From the NCBI RefSeq assembly GCF_009914755.1, contig NC_060931.1: 64,000 nucleotides of DNA. One strand, given 5' to 3'. The position numbers and the translations under genes are program-made. A model generated the notes under the pieces. That model made no database searches. It had not been told where the DNA came from and saw nothing but the letters and a program-made list of their open reading frames with translations. Within the stretch, counting starts at the first letter, position 1. Every line of letters begins with the position of its first letter. This document shows positions 43,890-61,042 of this stretch, in pieces. This DNA comes from the human T2T-CHM13v2.0 reference genome, Homo sapiens.

Positions 43890-44475
43890 TGATATAGAAT
43901 GGCTGGGCTCCTGACTAAACCCCACCCTCAAGCTTGGAGCCTCGGCCCTAAGTGGAAACAGCTGGCCCAATTTTTCTGCCCAAATGATTGCCTTATTGGC
44001 CTGCCATACCCCTATCCTGTGCTCATAAAAAGAGAAAAGAGCAACACAAGTGGCTGACCGGCAAGGATACAAGTGGCTGAGCAGTGAGCAGAGAAGCAAA
44101 AACTGAGCGTTGGAGACTACAGGTACATGCAGCTAACTTCAGATGTGTGGTTTTGGAGGGGAGCCCAGCCAGACATGGCTGAGCTTCAGGGAAAAGATCA
44201 CCTTCTCCCCACACCATCCCCTTTCCAGCTCCCTCTCCACCAAGAGCCACTTCCACTGCTCAATAAAGTCTTCTGCATTCATCACCTTTCACACAGTTCA
44301 TGTGACCTGATTCTTCCTGGACACTGAACAAGAACTCGGGTGTCAAAAAGGACAGGTGCAGAAGACTGTCACCCTGACCCTTCACGGAGCCGTTAACACT
44401 TAGCTGTCCACAGTCTGCAGGCTGAGTGAAATGAGCCACTTCAGTTCCTGCCCACGAAGGGGCAAGTTAGATGCT
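43890..44475 (+). mobile_element. ERV1 solo LTR (MER48-like)
   Basis: tgatatagaatggctgggctcctgactaaaccccaccctcaagcttggagcctcggccctaagtg, then ccactgctcaataaa; subfamily from memory. Confidence 0.65.
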
Positions 44476-44944
44476 CACATTAACCCTAACCCTAACTCCC
44501 ACCCTAACATTCACCCTTGGGTTGTATGAAGACATGACTAGAAAGAAACTTGGGAAAAGAAGGACAGAGGTAGCCAGACTCATAAGATTGAGGCACGATC
44601 TAAAGTGGTCCATCCTGCCTTGGCTGGAGCCCAGCATGAAATAACTACATGACCTGGCTCTAAACCCCACAGGCAACACTTCCTCTTGCAACCCCAAACA
44701 GGGGCAGATTTTGCTGAGTAGATGCTGGCTGGGAGGCTTCACTCACTTCAGAGTGAAATCTGAATCTAGGGCTCCCCTTAAGGAGGGAAGCAGGGCTACA
44801 CCGAGAGGGAGAGGAGCTGGCATTCACCTGGGCACCTGTTTCAGGTCATGAGAAATCACCTTTTTAAAAAATTCCCCCAAAGGCAACAGTGCCTCTGCAG
44901 AAGACAGGTTTACCAGGCCTGCTCCAGGCTGATCTGGATGCATC

Positions 44945-45236
44945 TTTTTTTTTTTTTTTTTTTTGAGACGGAGCCTCGCTCTGTCGCCCAGGCTGGAGTG
45001 CAGTGGTGAGATCTCAGCTCACTGCAAGCTCCGCCTCCCGGGTTCACGCCATTCTCCTCCCTCAGTCGAGTAGCTGGGACTACAGGAGCCCGCCACTACG
45101 CCCGGCTAATTTTTTGTATTTTTAGTAGAGACAGGGTTTCACTATGTTAGCCAGGATGGTCTCGATCTCCTAGTGATCCACCCGCCTCAGCCTCCCGAAG
45201 TGCTGGGATTACAGGCATGAGCCACCACGCCTGGCC
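44945..45236 (-). mobile_element. AluY
   Basis: gcaagctccgcctcccgggttcacgccattctcc, ttagccaggatggtctcgatctcc; TSD ggatgcatctt. Confidence 0.93.
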
Positions 45237-45439
45237 GGGATGCATCTTAAACATGCATCTGCAAGGGCCTTTTTCATATAATAACTTCTTTCCTTTTGGG
45301 TAAATACCCAAATTTCCCAATTTCCAGGGAGTTCTGGGTCTAGAAACCCGGGCAGGTTCTTACTGCACTTTCCTTTGCGTCCAGTGCGTTTTTAGAGTGA
45401 GCATTGTCTGGGAACTTTCCAGAGATCAGATTCCTTTCT

Positions 45440-45893
45440 TAAAAAAATGGTAATTTATTTCAATAGTTTTTAGGGTACAGGTGGTTTTTGGTTATATGGA
45501 TGAGTTCTTTAGCAGTGATTTTTGAGATTTAGTGCACCCATCACATACTGTACCCAAGATGTTGTCTTTTATCCATCACTCCACTCCCAACCTCTCCCCA
45601 CCCTGAGTCCCCACAGTCCATTAGATCGCTCTGTATGTTTTTCTATCCTCACAGCTTAGCTATGAGTGAAATAACTCAGGAATGGAAAACCGAAAGAATA
45701 ATTCTTATTCTTCATCCTTAACGTAAATCCTCACCTTTTCCGAATTGTTTTTCTCTCTCTTCATCAACCTTTCTGCTTTTAACATCTTATCTTCTTGGCT
45801 TTATCTTTTACATGAACTCTCATGGTGTCATTTTGTCTTTATTTTATCTTATAACAGTCATCATATTTCAGATGATAAGATTTCATTTTATCC

Positions 45894-45927
<34 letters not shown>

Positions 45928-46720
45928 CTAAGTCTTGCTCTGTCAGCCAGGCTGGTGTGCAGTGGCACAATCTCAGCTCACTCACTACAACCTCCGCCTC
46001 ACAGGTTCAAGTGGTTCTCCCGCCTCAGCCTCCCAAGTAGCTGGGACTACAGGCACATGCCACCACACCCAGCTAATTTTTTTGTAATTTTTAGTAGAGA
46101 CAGGGTTTCACCATGTTGGCCAGGCTGGTCTCGATCTCCTGACCTCATGATCTGCCAGCCTCAGTCTCCCAATATCCCACTTATTAATGAGAATATATGG
46201 CATTTGGTTTTCCATTCCTGAGTTACTTCACTTAGGATAATGGCCTCCAGTTCCATCCAACTTGCTGCAAAAGACATTATTTCATTCCTTTTCACAGCTG
46301 AGTAGTATTCCATGGTGTATATATACCACATTTTCTTTATCCACTTGTGGATCGACCCGCACTTAGGCTGGTTCCACGTCTTGCAATTGTGAATTGTGCT
46401 GCTATAAACATACATCTGCAAGTGTCTTTTTCATATAATGACTTCTTTTCTTTTGAGTAAATAGCCAGTAGTGGGATTACTGGATCAAATGGCAAATCTA
46501 CTTTTAGTTCTTTAAGGAATCTCCATACTGTTTTCCATAGTGGCCGTACTACTAGTTTACATTCCCGCCAGCAGTGTAGAAGTGTTTCATTTTCACCACA
46601 TCAATGCCAACGTCTATTGTTTTTTGACTTTTTAATTTTGACCATTCTCGCAGGAGTAAGAAAACCATATTGTGGTTTTGATTTGCATTTCCCCGGTGAT
46701 TAGTGATGTTGAGATTTTTG
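45440..46720 (-). mobile_element. L1PB-type 3' end interrupted by a templated insertion (45661-45895) and a truncated Alu (45896-46172)
   Basis: gtacaggtggtttttggttatatggatgagttc...gttttccattcctgagttacttcactta. Confidence 0.88.
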
Positions 46721-47165
46721 AGTAACCACAAGCCCCCCTGGCTGTTTATTTTGATGAAGTCTTTTCAAGGTAGCAGCAGCAGCTGATAAAGTTGCAGGGT
46801 CCCCAGCATCTTTTAATTCTTCTTGCTGAGTGACACCATCCTCTGCAGAGGGGAGGCTTAGTTTAGGATACTCTAAGAACCAGTTACAAAGTCACTTCCC
46901 TCGTCCTCCGCAAGTGCTTCCAGCTGACTTCTTAAAATATTCCCTCCCAGTGAGATTCCATTTATATAAATTGTCATTTACCTGTTTCATTCTTATTCTT
47001 CATCCTTCATGTAAATCCTCACCTTTTCCTAATTGTTTCTCTCTCTTTGTCAACCTTTCTGTTTTAACATCTTATCTTCTTGGCTTTATCTCTTACATGA
47101 ACTCTCATGGTGTCATTTTGTCTTTATCTTATCAGATTCATCTTATTTCAGATTAAAAGATTTCA

Positions 47166-47452
<287 letters not shown>

Positions 47453-47953
47453 AAAATATTTCATTTTATCTTATCATTTCATCTTATCAATTTCACCTAA
47501 TCTTAATTTTTACTGGATGGAATTATTCAGAACTTGTACTATTGTATTTTTCTTTTGTCTTTATTCCTTCTGATTTTTCTTTCAAGTTTTAATTTTCCTA
47601 CTTTCTACAAGTCCTATATCACTGGACAAATGTGCTTCTTTTATTTCCCTTATTTCCTCTTTCCTTTTTCATTTTACTTTTCTGAGTAGCATAGAAAGCC
47701 TAGCCCCAGGGCAGGGACCAGCAGAGGGGCAGGGCAGGAGGTTTTCCTCCTTCACAGCTGTCCTTAAAGCTGTCTCTCCTCCAAACAGACCTCCAGACCA
47801 TCCAAGGCTGGCTTTCCAGATAACCTCACCCCCAGGAGACCCAGAGATACCAGCCCTGGGACACAGCAGTAATAATAACCTTGCTACTTGTAACACACTT
47901 GCTCTAAGAAAAGGGTCTGGCATCTGATGCCCCACACCACCTGGGCGAATTCA

Positions 47954-48508
<555 letters not shown>

Positions 48509-48913
48509 TCAGTCTCAGGTGTCCAGTTCTCAATGGAGCCCCCTTGTTTTGTTGGGTAGGAAGATTCTTCCCCCAGGCAGCCCTCCAGGTTTCCTTCCTC
48601 CATCAGCAAGTTATGAGGACTTCCAGTTACTTACAATACAGTCCTAAGGCAGAGGACCCACTTGAGTTGAGTCATAACATCTGGGGCTTTTACATTTTAA
48701 AATTTTAAAGTTTAAACTTTCTAGAACTGGGGACTAAAATGTGTAGTGCCCTAACCTAATGGCACTTTTGGATTGTAAAAATGAATTTTAGGCACACTAA
48801 ACCCACCCAGCATTTCAAGACCATCTCATACCCCAAACCATGTGCCTTGCAAAAATATGAATCTGGTATAAAACAAGATTGTTTATTTCCATCCTTTTAA
48901 TTCTGTCTCTTAA

Positions 48914-49824
<911 letters not shown>

Positions 49825-50579
49825 TGAGTTCCAGCACAGCTTCAGTCCATCCACGACTGTGAATTTATTCCCATCCTGATGGGTTGGCCATTCTTAATTA
49901 TGGAAAATAGTATACCTCATCGTTACTATTGCAGCTAATGTTGATTGACAGCTCCTTAGTACCACATTCTGTTGAGCATGCAACAGGCCATTCACAGATT
50001 ACCATCTCATCTGAGTCTCACAGCCATCCTGTGAAGTATGAGGTGTTTGTATTCCTGCTAATAGATGACGTTAAGGGGGCTATAAAGCTTGCAGAATTTG
50101 ACTTTGCAGATTCTTAAGATTGCAGATTTGAATCCAGGCCTCTCTGCACACAGAGTCCCACGTCTAAGCTGCCACTCTGTCCCTTAGGGAGATGGCTACC
50201 TGTCGGCTTTGGGAAAGAGATTCCAATAATTACAATCAAACTCCTCCTCATCCCAGGGTGCCCTCGGAGGGAGCCGAAGACATAAGGAACCACAGCTAAG
50301 AGGAAGCCAAATGCCTCAGGGCGAAGGTAAGCTGCTGCCTCTGATTGGGAGGCATCTCTGATGGGGTGTGCTGGCACCTAGGCTTAGGCCAGGAAACCAG
50401 GAGGGATTTCTGCCATTGTCTTCCGGAAAGTGAAGAATGCATTGTCCAGACTTGAATCCACTTACCCCAGGGACTGTGTGGATGAGCCTCACCTGGATGA
50501 AGGGCCAGAAGAAGGTGAGGGGCCCAGGCCCAGCCCAGCCCAAGGCGGCTGGCCCATCTAATGCCTGCAAGTGCTCTAC

Positions 50580-50943
50580 TGATATGGTTTGGCTCTGTGT
50601 CTCCATCCAAATCTCATCTTGAATTTTAATCCTTAGGTGTTGAGGGAGAGACCAGGTAAGAGGTGATTGGATCATGGGGGAGTTTCTCCCATGCTGTTCT
50701 CATGATCATGAGTGAGTTCTCACAAGATCTGATGGTTTTATAAGTATTTAGAAGTTCTTCCTTTGTTCACTCTTCTTCCTGCTGCCATGTGAAGGACACG
50801 TTTGCTTCCCCTTCCGCCATGAGTGTAAGTTTCCTGAGGCCTTCTCAGCTATGTGGAACTGTGAGTCAATTCAACCTCTTTCCTTTATAAATTACACAGT
50901 CTCAGGCATTATCTTTAAACCAGTGTGAAAATGAACTAATACA
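50580..50943. mobile_element. THE1/MSTA MaLR solo LTR
   Basis: tgatatggtttggctctgtg...aactaataca; 5-bp TSD TCTAC. Confidence 0.92.
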
Positions 50944-51312
50944 TCTACTATAGCTGAAAAACTACGAGCCTGACTATCCCAGGCCAGGCACCACGAAACT
51001 GATAGACAGAGCCAGGCAGGGCTGTTCTGCTGTAACCACTGGGCTGTATTTATCCCCCTGAGGAGTGGTCTCTTAGGAAGCACTTCTATCAACCTCACTT
51101 GAGTCTTTGGTTCTGGGGACAGTGACCAGCTATGGCTTGCATTGACCACTCATGTTTGCTGTTCATACAGACTCAACAACGTGTGGCGATGCTCATTGCC
51201 CATGGTGGGCCTGTCTGAGTGGTGGCATTCTTACCCAAGCCCCTGTCTTCCCCCTCCCACAGGAGCCCCCCATTGGCCTTCCTGCCTATTGTCTGCAGAA
51301 TCAGAGCAATCT

Positions 51313-52103
51313 TTATTTTTAAAGTGATGAGATCTCACTCTGTCACCCAGGCTAGAGCGCAGTTGTGTGATCATGGCTCACTGCAGCCTCAACTTTCTGG
51401 GATCAAGTGATCCTCTCACCTCAGCCTCCCAAGTAGCTGGGATGGTAAGCACATATCACCATGCCTGACTAATTTTAAAAAATTATTTGTAGAGATGGGG
51501 CTTTGCCAGGCTGGTCTCAAACTCCTGACCTCAAGCCACCCTCCCACCTTGGCCTCCCAAAGTGCTGGGATTACAGGTGTGAGCCACCTCACCCAGCCAC
51601 TACCCTGCCCTTTGAGAACCAAAAGAAGAAACCAAATTTTCCTTAGCTCAACTAGGGCCATTTCCCCAATTGTTTCATCAGCAAGGAGCTGGTTATTGGG
51701 CTGTCCAGACCTCTCAAGCAGCACAGAAATGAGATGAGGGCATTTTCCTGCTGCTCCACTCTGTGCAGAGTTGGAGAATGACATTTACTCTTTGCAGAGA
51801 AAGATACTCTGTAGGCACCTTAGGATGAAGGGGACCTGATTCCAATGTCCTTTTGTTTTCTTCTTTAGAAACAGGGTCTTGCTCTGTCATCCAGGCTGAA
51901 GTACAGTGGCACAAACATCACTCCTGAGTAGCTGGGATTACAGGTGCATGCCACCACACATGGCAATTTATTTTTATTTTTATTTTTATTTTTATTTTTA
52001 TTTTTTTGTAGAGACAGAGTCTTGAACTCCTGGCCTCAAACAATCTTCCCACCTTGGCCTCCTGACGTGCTGGGGTTACAGGTAGGAGCCACGGTGCTGG
52101 GCT
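51313..52103 (-). mobile_element. Two antisense AluJ copies (about 51313-51598 and 51853-52103) around a ~250-bp non-Alu core
   Basis: Alu signatures; the core recurs inverted at about 59012-59268. Confidence 0.85.
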
Positions 52104-52580
52104 GCAGAGTGATCTTTTAAATGAGCAAAAACAGATCACATCACTGTCTTGCTTAAAGTTCTCTCAGTGGTAGATCATTTTATGTAGAATAAAATCTCAA
52201 TGACTGTTGCGTGGTCCAGCTGCCTTCCTTCTCTCTTGTCCTCACTGCCTAACCCCTGCCTCTCCAGCAGCCTAGCTCCTTCTTGCCTGAACATTTTTAC
52301 ACCTGATATTCCGTCCAGGGTGCTCCTGCCCCACCACGCAAATGCAGCTTTCCCATGTCATCCCAGCCTCAGCTCAATGTCCCTTCTGTGTTCATTTGAA
52401 GTGACCCTCCACAGACACAGTCGAGACACTCCCTGCCATGCTGTTTTCCATCATAGCATTGATCACTGTGAGGAATGATCATATATCTGTTCACTTACTT
52501 ACTTGCTAAGTTTTAGAGTTCTTCTCATAATCACAGAGTAGCTCATATTTGACCAGCTCTCCTACAAATAGTAATCATAA

Positions 52581-53170
<590 letters not shown>

Positions 53171-54004
53171 TGCTAGAGGGACCTATCAGAAAAGAGAGAA
53201 TCACAGAAGGGGAACCCAGATTCTGAGAGTGGCTCTATCAAACCTCTGGTTGACCCCCTAACTACACATACACACAGGGCAGACCTCCAAGCAGCCCAGC
53301 TCAGCCTGAGAGAACCAAATAGACATTTCAGCTGCTGTCCGGCCTGGCTAACTTGGTACTAAAACAAAAACTGACAAATAATATTCTTCAGATGTGCCCA
53401 ACAGAACCCTTAGTCTGCCCAATAGATCATTCATGAAGTCCAGGGTAGAATGCAAAATTACTAGACATACCATAAACAGGAAAATAGAATCCATCTTCAA
53501 GAGGAAAGTCAATCAATGGACACCAACCTCAAGTGGATTCAGATATTGACATTAGCTCAAGGTCCTAAAAGAAAATATTACCTAAGTTTTCATTATTTGT
53601 GTTTCACCCCTAGACTATGAGTCCCGTCAGAGCAGGACCTTATTGGTTTTGTTCCTTGCAACATCTCCAGCACCTAGAATAGCAAATGGCTCGTCGAAAA
53701 TATCCCCCAAAAATGAATGTGGCGTAATGTGGGATTTTCCCCTCATTTTCTGCCTTTAGGACTTGAGGCCCCTCCTAGATGAACAGAATGCTGACAAAGA
53801 ACAAAATCATCACCGTTCTCTTTTCAACGGAGGACATGGTTTTATGGTTATGAATTAGTAGCAGCTGTTGTAGACAAGTGGCTTTGATCTGAGATTACTG
53901 CCAAAAAGAAAGCATGTAGAATAGCTATTCTGAAACTCAATGTCATCATTTAAAAGAAACAAAAACTTCTCACATTCTTCATGATTTAACTCCCTTAGAA
54001 TATC

Positions 54005-54672
<668 letters not shown>

Positions 54673-54939
54673 TTCTAAGACCTAGGTATTTAATTTGTGG
54701 TCAATTTGTAATACGATACACCAGGAAATTATGATGTTTAAGGTTAAACATAAAATTTTACAGGGAGGTTAATTACTGAGGTGGCTGTTTAGGTCACCTG
54801 CTTTAAGTGTTTTCTGGATAAACGTTTTTCTACCAGGGTCAACACTTGGGATGTTGTTACACCTTTTGCCTGGACTTCACATGGGACCCTAAATATTCCC
54901 CTCAAGGGGCTTCTCAGCCTGCTCACACACAGGTGAATG

Positions 54940-55085
54940 TCAGTATTTAACCACCTGTAGGGCGCATGCACTGACCAATCAAAATGAAGGTGAGCCGAGC
55001 ACCAACCAATCAGAAGCAATGCCAGCTCTAAGGACCCGGTCTGGCTGTACCTGCGCTCTGCATGGTATCCTGTTCCGGAAGGTGT
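54940..55085. promoter_or_regulatory. Promoter-like motif cluster (possibly an old LTR)
   Basis: NRF1-like gcgcatgca, two CCAAT boxes about 31 bp apart, ETS-like ccggaag. Confidence 0.3.
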
Positions 55086-55287
55086 CCTGGTCACCTGTTC
55101 CCTGTTCCTAAGAGGATTTCAGTGCCACCTCCGGCTCTACCAACTGTTAAAGCATATGGGGTTGCACTCAACCAGCAGCCCAAGGCAACTGCCCTCCAAG
55201 TTTTTGTCAAGGAGAATTATCTCAAAATTCCTCGCCCAGTGCTCACAGTGTTGGGAAAATAACTACCCATGGAGTGAAGCCAAGCTA

Positions 55288-56185
55288 TTTTTTTTTTTTT
55301 TTTTTTTTGAGATGGAGTCTCGGCTCACTGCAACCTCCGCCTCCCGGGTTCAAGCGATTCTCCTGCCTCAGTCTCTCGAGTAGCTGGGATTACAGGCCTG
55401 TGCCACCACACCCGGCTAATTTTTGTATTTTCAGTAAAGACAGGGTTTCACCATATTGGCCAGGCTCGTCTCGAACTCCTGACCTCAAATGATCCACTGG
55501 CCTCAGCCTCCCAAAGTGCTGGGATTACGGGCATAAGCCACTGAGCCGGGCACCAATCTATTTTTCTCAACCACTAATAAAGCTATTATTAGTAGTGGTG
55601 GGCCCTTTTCTTCAGGTAAAATATTATGAGGAACTCCAACATGAAAATTACAAAAAAACTGAGGGTTTGGGGGAAACAGAACCCTCCTGATCTCTGCACC
55701 CCAATCCTTTGGCATTCCTCCAGCACACACGCACACATGTGTACACCCACATGCACACACGCATGCACAACTTAACACTGCAGCAGCCTCTATTGCCACT
55801 CCGTGGAATCACTTGCCATAGAGAATGACTTGGAGGGAAGGCAGCCCACCATAGGTAATCTAAGCGCTAAGTCAGATTAAGTCAGGTGCAGTGGCTCATG
55901 CCTATAACCCCAGCACTTTGGGGGGCCAAGGCTGGAAGATCGTTCGAGGCCAACAGTTCGAGACCAGCCTGGGTAGCACAGTGAGAGAGACCTCGTCTCT
56001 ACAGAATATTTAAAAATTACCGAGTGTGGTCATGCGTGCCTGTAGTCCTGGCTACTTGGTAGGCTGAGGTCAGAGGATCTTTGGAGTCCAGGAGTTCAAA
56101 ACTGCAGGGAGCCATAATCATGCTATTACACTACTCCAACTGGGGCAAAAGAGTGAGACCTCATCTCCAAAAAAAAAAAAAAAAA
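55288..56185. mobile_element. Antisense AluS (about 55288-55552) and sense AluJ (about 55880-56185)
   Basis: Alu signatures; TSD ctaagtcagaYta for the second copy. Confidence 0.88.
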
Positions 56186-56360
56186 CTAAGTCAGACTATC
56201 AGAGAATGTTTTGGGACAGCTCTACCTCCCTAACCACCTCCTAATCTTGAGGAATATTACAAGAGGAGGCAGCCAGTCCTATTAAACTCCTTGCCATCAT
56301 GAACTGTGAGACTGTTCGGGACACTATTATTGCATTATGCCATGTCTTCCCTTTGAGGAT

Positions 56361-56724
56361 TGATATGATTTGGCTGTGTCCCCACCCAAATCTCATCTTG
56401 AATTGTAGCTCCTATAATCCTCATGTGTCGTGGGAGGGACCCAGTGGGAGGTAACTGAATCATGGGAGTGGGTTTTCCTGTGCTGTTCTGGTCATAGTGA
56501 GTGAGTCTCATGAGACCTGATGGTTCTATAAAGGGCAGTTCTCCTGCCTACACTCTCTTGCCTGCCACCATGTAAGACGTGCCTTTTTTCCTCCTTCGTC
56601 TTCTGCCATGGTTGTGAAGCCTCCCCAGCCATGTGGAACTTTGAGTCCATTAAACCTCTTTTTCTTTATAAATTACCCAGCCTTGGATATGTCTTTATTA
56701 GCAGCATGAGAACAGACTAATACA
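56361..56724. mobile_element. THE1 solo LTR
   Basis: tgatatgatttggctgtgtccccacccaaatctcatcttgaattgtagctcc...agactaataca; TSD aggaY. Confidence 0.92.
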
Positions 56725-58105
56725 AGGACCCATGGGCAATATTCTCTCTGCCTCCGGGAACAGAAATAGCTGTGCGTCTCCTGAGCAGCTGCTTGCTTTC
56801 ATCACATAGATGCTGGGTCTGTAACAAGGGACTGTTTCCCTCTCTGTGTTGGCTGAAAGAAAGCTCAGGGCCACCCCATGAATTTTGTCTCCTAACCTCA
56901 TTCCTGGCTCCATCCTTGCCTTCCCGGACTGCTTTTCCCTTTGTCTTGTTTTCATTGTCTATTTATTTTTTCATTTAATTATGTCCTGTAATTGGATACT
57001 CATCTTTGCAAATCACCTTGCATCCTTTCTGGAACAAGGTGGAGAGTATATAAATGGATCCTAAATGTTGGGTTTCTGCAGTGCACCAGGGCTCTCTGAA
57101 GTTGGCTACTTTATGACATGCTTCAGCAAGCACCAGCTCTCACATCAGCAATTTTACTGTCTTTTAAAACCAGGAAATCGATCTGCCTCGGCAAAAAGAC
57201 GGTGCTAGTAAACTAACTAGATTTCCCTGCATTACATATTCATGTAATCGTGTTATCTTCTAGACAGCACATCAAGGAGAGGCGGGAAAAGAACAAGGCC
57301 ATGGCTCTGTTTGAACCCAACATTTGTTACTCTTTCTACACACCCTATGGACTATCTTTAGGCTCAAGCGCAGAAAAGGAAGATTCAGGGTGTTGGACAA
57401 TCTCATTGGAGCTTGGGTGTCTTAAATTTCTGCTGGTATAATTCCATTTTCCTCTGAATCACTCACTACAAGGGGGAAAGGAACCTGCCCCTTGGAGAAG
57501 TCTTTGAGATATTGATCGCCCTCCAGCAGCCCCCTGACCAGGTAGCAGCCTAAAGTGTCCCCGGGACAGAAAAATAGATTAACTGCTATCCAAACAAGAG
57601 AACACATCCACAAGACAGCAGGAATTCAACCGAGCAGTCTCCTCCCAACTCTTAGCATGCATCAGCTGTGCTATATAAACAGGAACAAAAAAGAAACTGG
57701 TTAGAAGAAACAGGGGACTAAAAAACCCAAGAGTTCTCCCACACTGGCCCTGAGTTTTTCAGTTCGCCATGGATCCCACAGATTATGCCAAGGCTGGGAG
57801 CCCTCCCCAAGATCAGGAAGCAATGCCCTGCTACCCCATCCTGGGTGCTTGCGGCTCCTAAGTAGAAATCCATGGAAACCCCAAGAGAAACACCCGAGCA
57901 CAGTGGCAGAGACTCCAGAAAACTCTCAGTTTTGGCTCTGCTTCCCTACTTCTTCTCAAGCAGAAGCATCTCAGGCTTCAGGTGAATTTACAATCTAGCT
58001 GGGTCTCAGGGTAGCAAGAAGGACCCAGGGCTAGTAAACCAATGCGGATGCTGCTATCAACTCAAAGATAGGTCTTATGGGCTCTGATTCAAAATGTACA
58101 TTGGA

Positions 58106-58952
<847 letters not shown>

Positions 58953-59267
58953 TTACTGGAAAGATCTTTCCAGGGGGAGAGGCAGCAAGGTAAGCTCTCT
59001 TAGCTATAAGACCATGGAGGGCTCCCTTCATCTGAAGGACTAAGGACTAAAAGCATGTCTCCCTGTCTCTGAAAACGAGTAAACATCATCCTCCAACTCC
59101 CCACAGAGCAGAACAGCAGGAAAAACTTTTTTGCTGCATTTCTGCACTTCATGCGAGGCCTGGACAGTCAATAACCAGTTCCTTGCTGATGAAGCAATCC
59201 AGAAATGGCCCTAGCTGAGCTAAGAAAAATTTGGCTTCTTCTTTGGGTTTTCAAAAGGCAGGGTAGG

Positions 59268-59630
59268 GGCCACGCATGGTGGCTCACACCTGTAATCCAA
59301 GCACTTTGGGAGGCCAAGGTGGAAGGATTACTTGAGGCTAGGGTTGTGAGACCAGCCTGAGCAACATAACAAGACCCTGTATCTACAAAAATGGTTTTTT
59401 TAAAAAAATTAGCTGGATATGGTGGCATGTGCCTGTAGTCCTAGCTATTCAGAAGGCTGAGGTGGGAGGATCACTTGAGCCTAGGAATTCGAGGCTGCAG
59501 TGAGCCATGATTGCACCATTGCACTCCAGCCTGGGCAACAGAGCCAAATCCAGTCTCTAAGGAAAAAAAAAAAAGGAAAAAGAAAAGAAAGGGAAGGGAA
59601 GGGGAAGGGGAAGGGGAACGAGAAGGGGGA
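59268..59630 (+). mobile_element. AluJ with a purine-rich tail
   Basis: Dimer followed by (GGGAAG)n. Confidence 0.9.
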
Positions 59631-59779
59631 AGAGACATAGGAAACAGGCCAGCAGAGAGAGCAGACGAGAATGTGGTGGAAGCTCATCTACAATAGCTTT
59701 CCTGGGCTCAAACATTCTGTCTGAAGACTAGAGACGGTGAGTAACTGTGCCTCCTAAGTGTAAACACTGGAGAAACGCA

Positions 59780-60230
59780 AGGCCCCATTCATCCACGCCT
59801 CCCTCGGCCTGCGGGGGCCTCCTGGAAGTGGACAGATGGGTTTCCTTCCCCTGGGACCACAATTGCAGCCCCGGAGAGCCTCAGGCAGCACAGAAGCGAG
59901 GCAGCAGCCAGCGCGGAGAGGCCAGCAGCGCTCTGTGAATTTGTGAACGTGCTGTCCCACTTAGGGCTCTCTGGAGAATTCCAGGAGCCAACCCTCAGCC
60001 TCCGTTTGACAGAGCCGCTTTTCATCTTCCCTGGCTCCGGCACAAGCAAATGCACACAGGCGAAAATCAGTTAATAACTGTGCACATTTTCTAATAAATT
60101 TTAACAATTTAACAGTGTGGTACAGCTTTATTATAGTTTTTATTTCACTACACTAATTCAGCGTGTAATAACCTGCCAGAGACACAGAATTCACTTGACA
60201 TATGCTCTGAGTGCCAAGATAATGGAATAA
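59780..60230. promoter_or_regulatory. Candidate enhancer (CpG-rich half plus AT-rich, homeobox-like half)
   Basis: Repeat-free; many CpGs, then gttaataac, ctaataaa, tttattat, ctaatt motifs. Confidence 0.35.
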
Positions 60231-60485
60231 GCTCAAGAGGAACCTTGAGTCTCACCCAGCTGGGCACTACCCATTCCCTTGGGGAGTGACAAAGGGGTGC
60301 TGGCCTCAGAGTGGCTGCAAGGGAAATGTGAGCTATGAGATGCCCCCCAGCCTGGGTCTAAATGGCCAGCTTCCCTGTGATTCCCTCTCCATAGAAGGCA
60401 GAAAGACGTAAAAGCACAGACAGTGCTGTATTTAATGACAGCCTGGTTCCTGGGATTAGTCCCAGGGCTCAGCCTGCTACACTGC

Positions 60486-60842
60486 TGATATGGTTTGGCT
60501 GTGTCCCCACCCAAGTCTCATCTTGAATTGTAGCCATAATCCCCACGTGTCCTGGGAGGGACCCCATGGGAGGTAATTGAATCATGGAGGTGATTTCCCC
60601 CATTCTGTTCTCATGATAGTGACTAAGTTTCACGAGGTCAGATGGTTTTATAAGGGGGAGTTGCCCTGCACAAATTCTCTCTTGTCTGCTACCATGTAAG
60701 ATGTGCCTTGTGCCTTTCAGCTTCCATGATTGTGAGCCCTCTCCAGCCACGTGGAACTGTGAGTCCATTAAACATCTTTTTCTTTATAAATTACCCAGTC
60801 TCGGGTATGTCTTTATCAGCAACATGAGAACAGACTAATACA
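60486..60842. mobile_element. THE1 solo LTR
   Basis: tgatatggtttggctgtgtccc...agactaataca; perfect 5-bp TSD ACTGC. Confidence 0.93.
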
Positions 60843-61042
60843 ACTGCATTCCTTAAGTCTCTTGGTGACTAGGAGGTGAAATGGTGTTGATCTTCTTGGG
60901 CCTGGCAGCTGGCCACCTACACCTCATTCAGGCCTGACCCAAGGGAAATGAGATCAGGTCAGAGAAGATGCTTGCTTCTAGGGGCCCCAGTCTAGCTGCT
61001 CTCACTCCCTCCCTGCCTGCTCTGGGCACACCCCCTCTTAAA

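Noticed and set aside
44481-44517. Telomere-like TAACCC repeats
   Set aside because: Only about 2-3 perfect units, too short to call an interstitial telomere.
47715-47732. CTCF-like ccagcagaggggcag
   Set aside because: One base out of register with the core consensus; not supportable without ChIP data.
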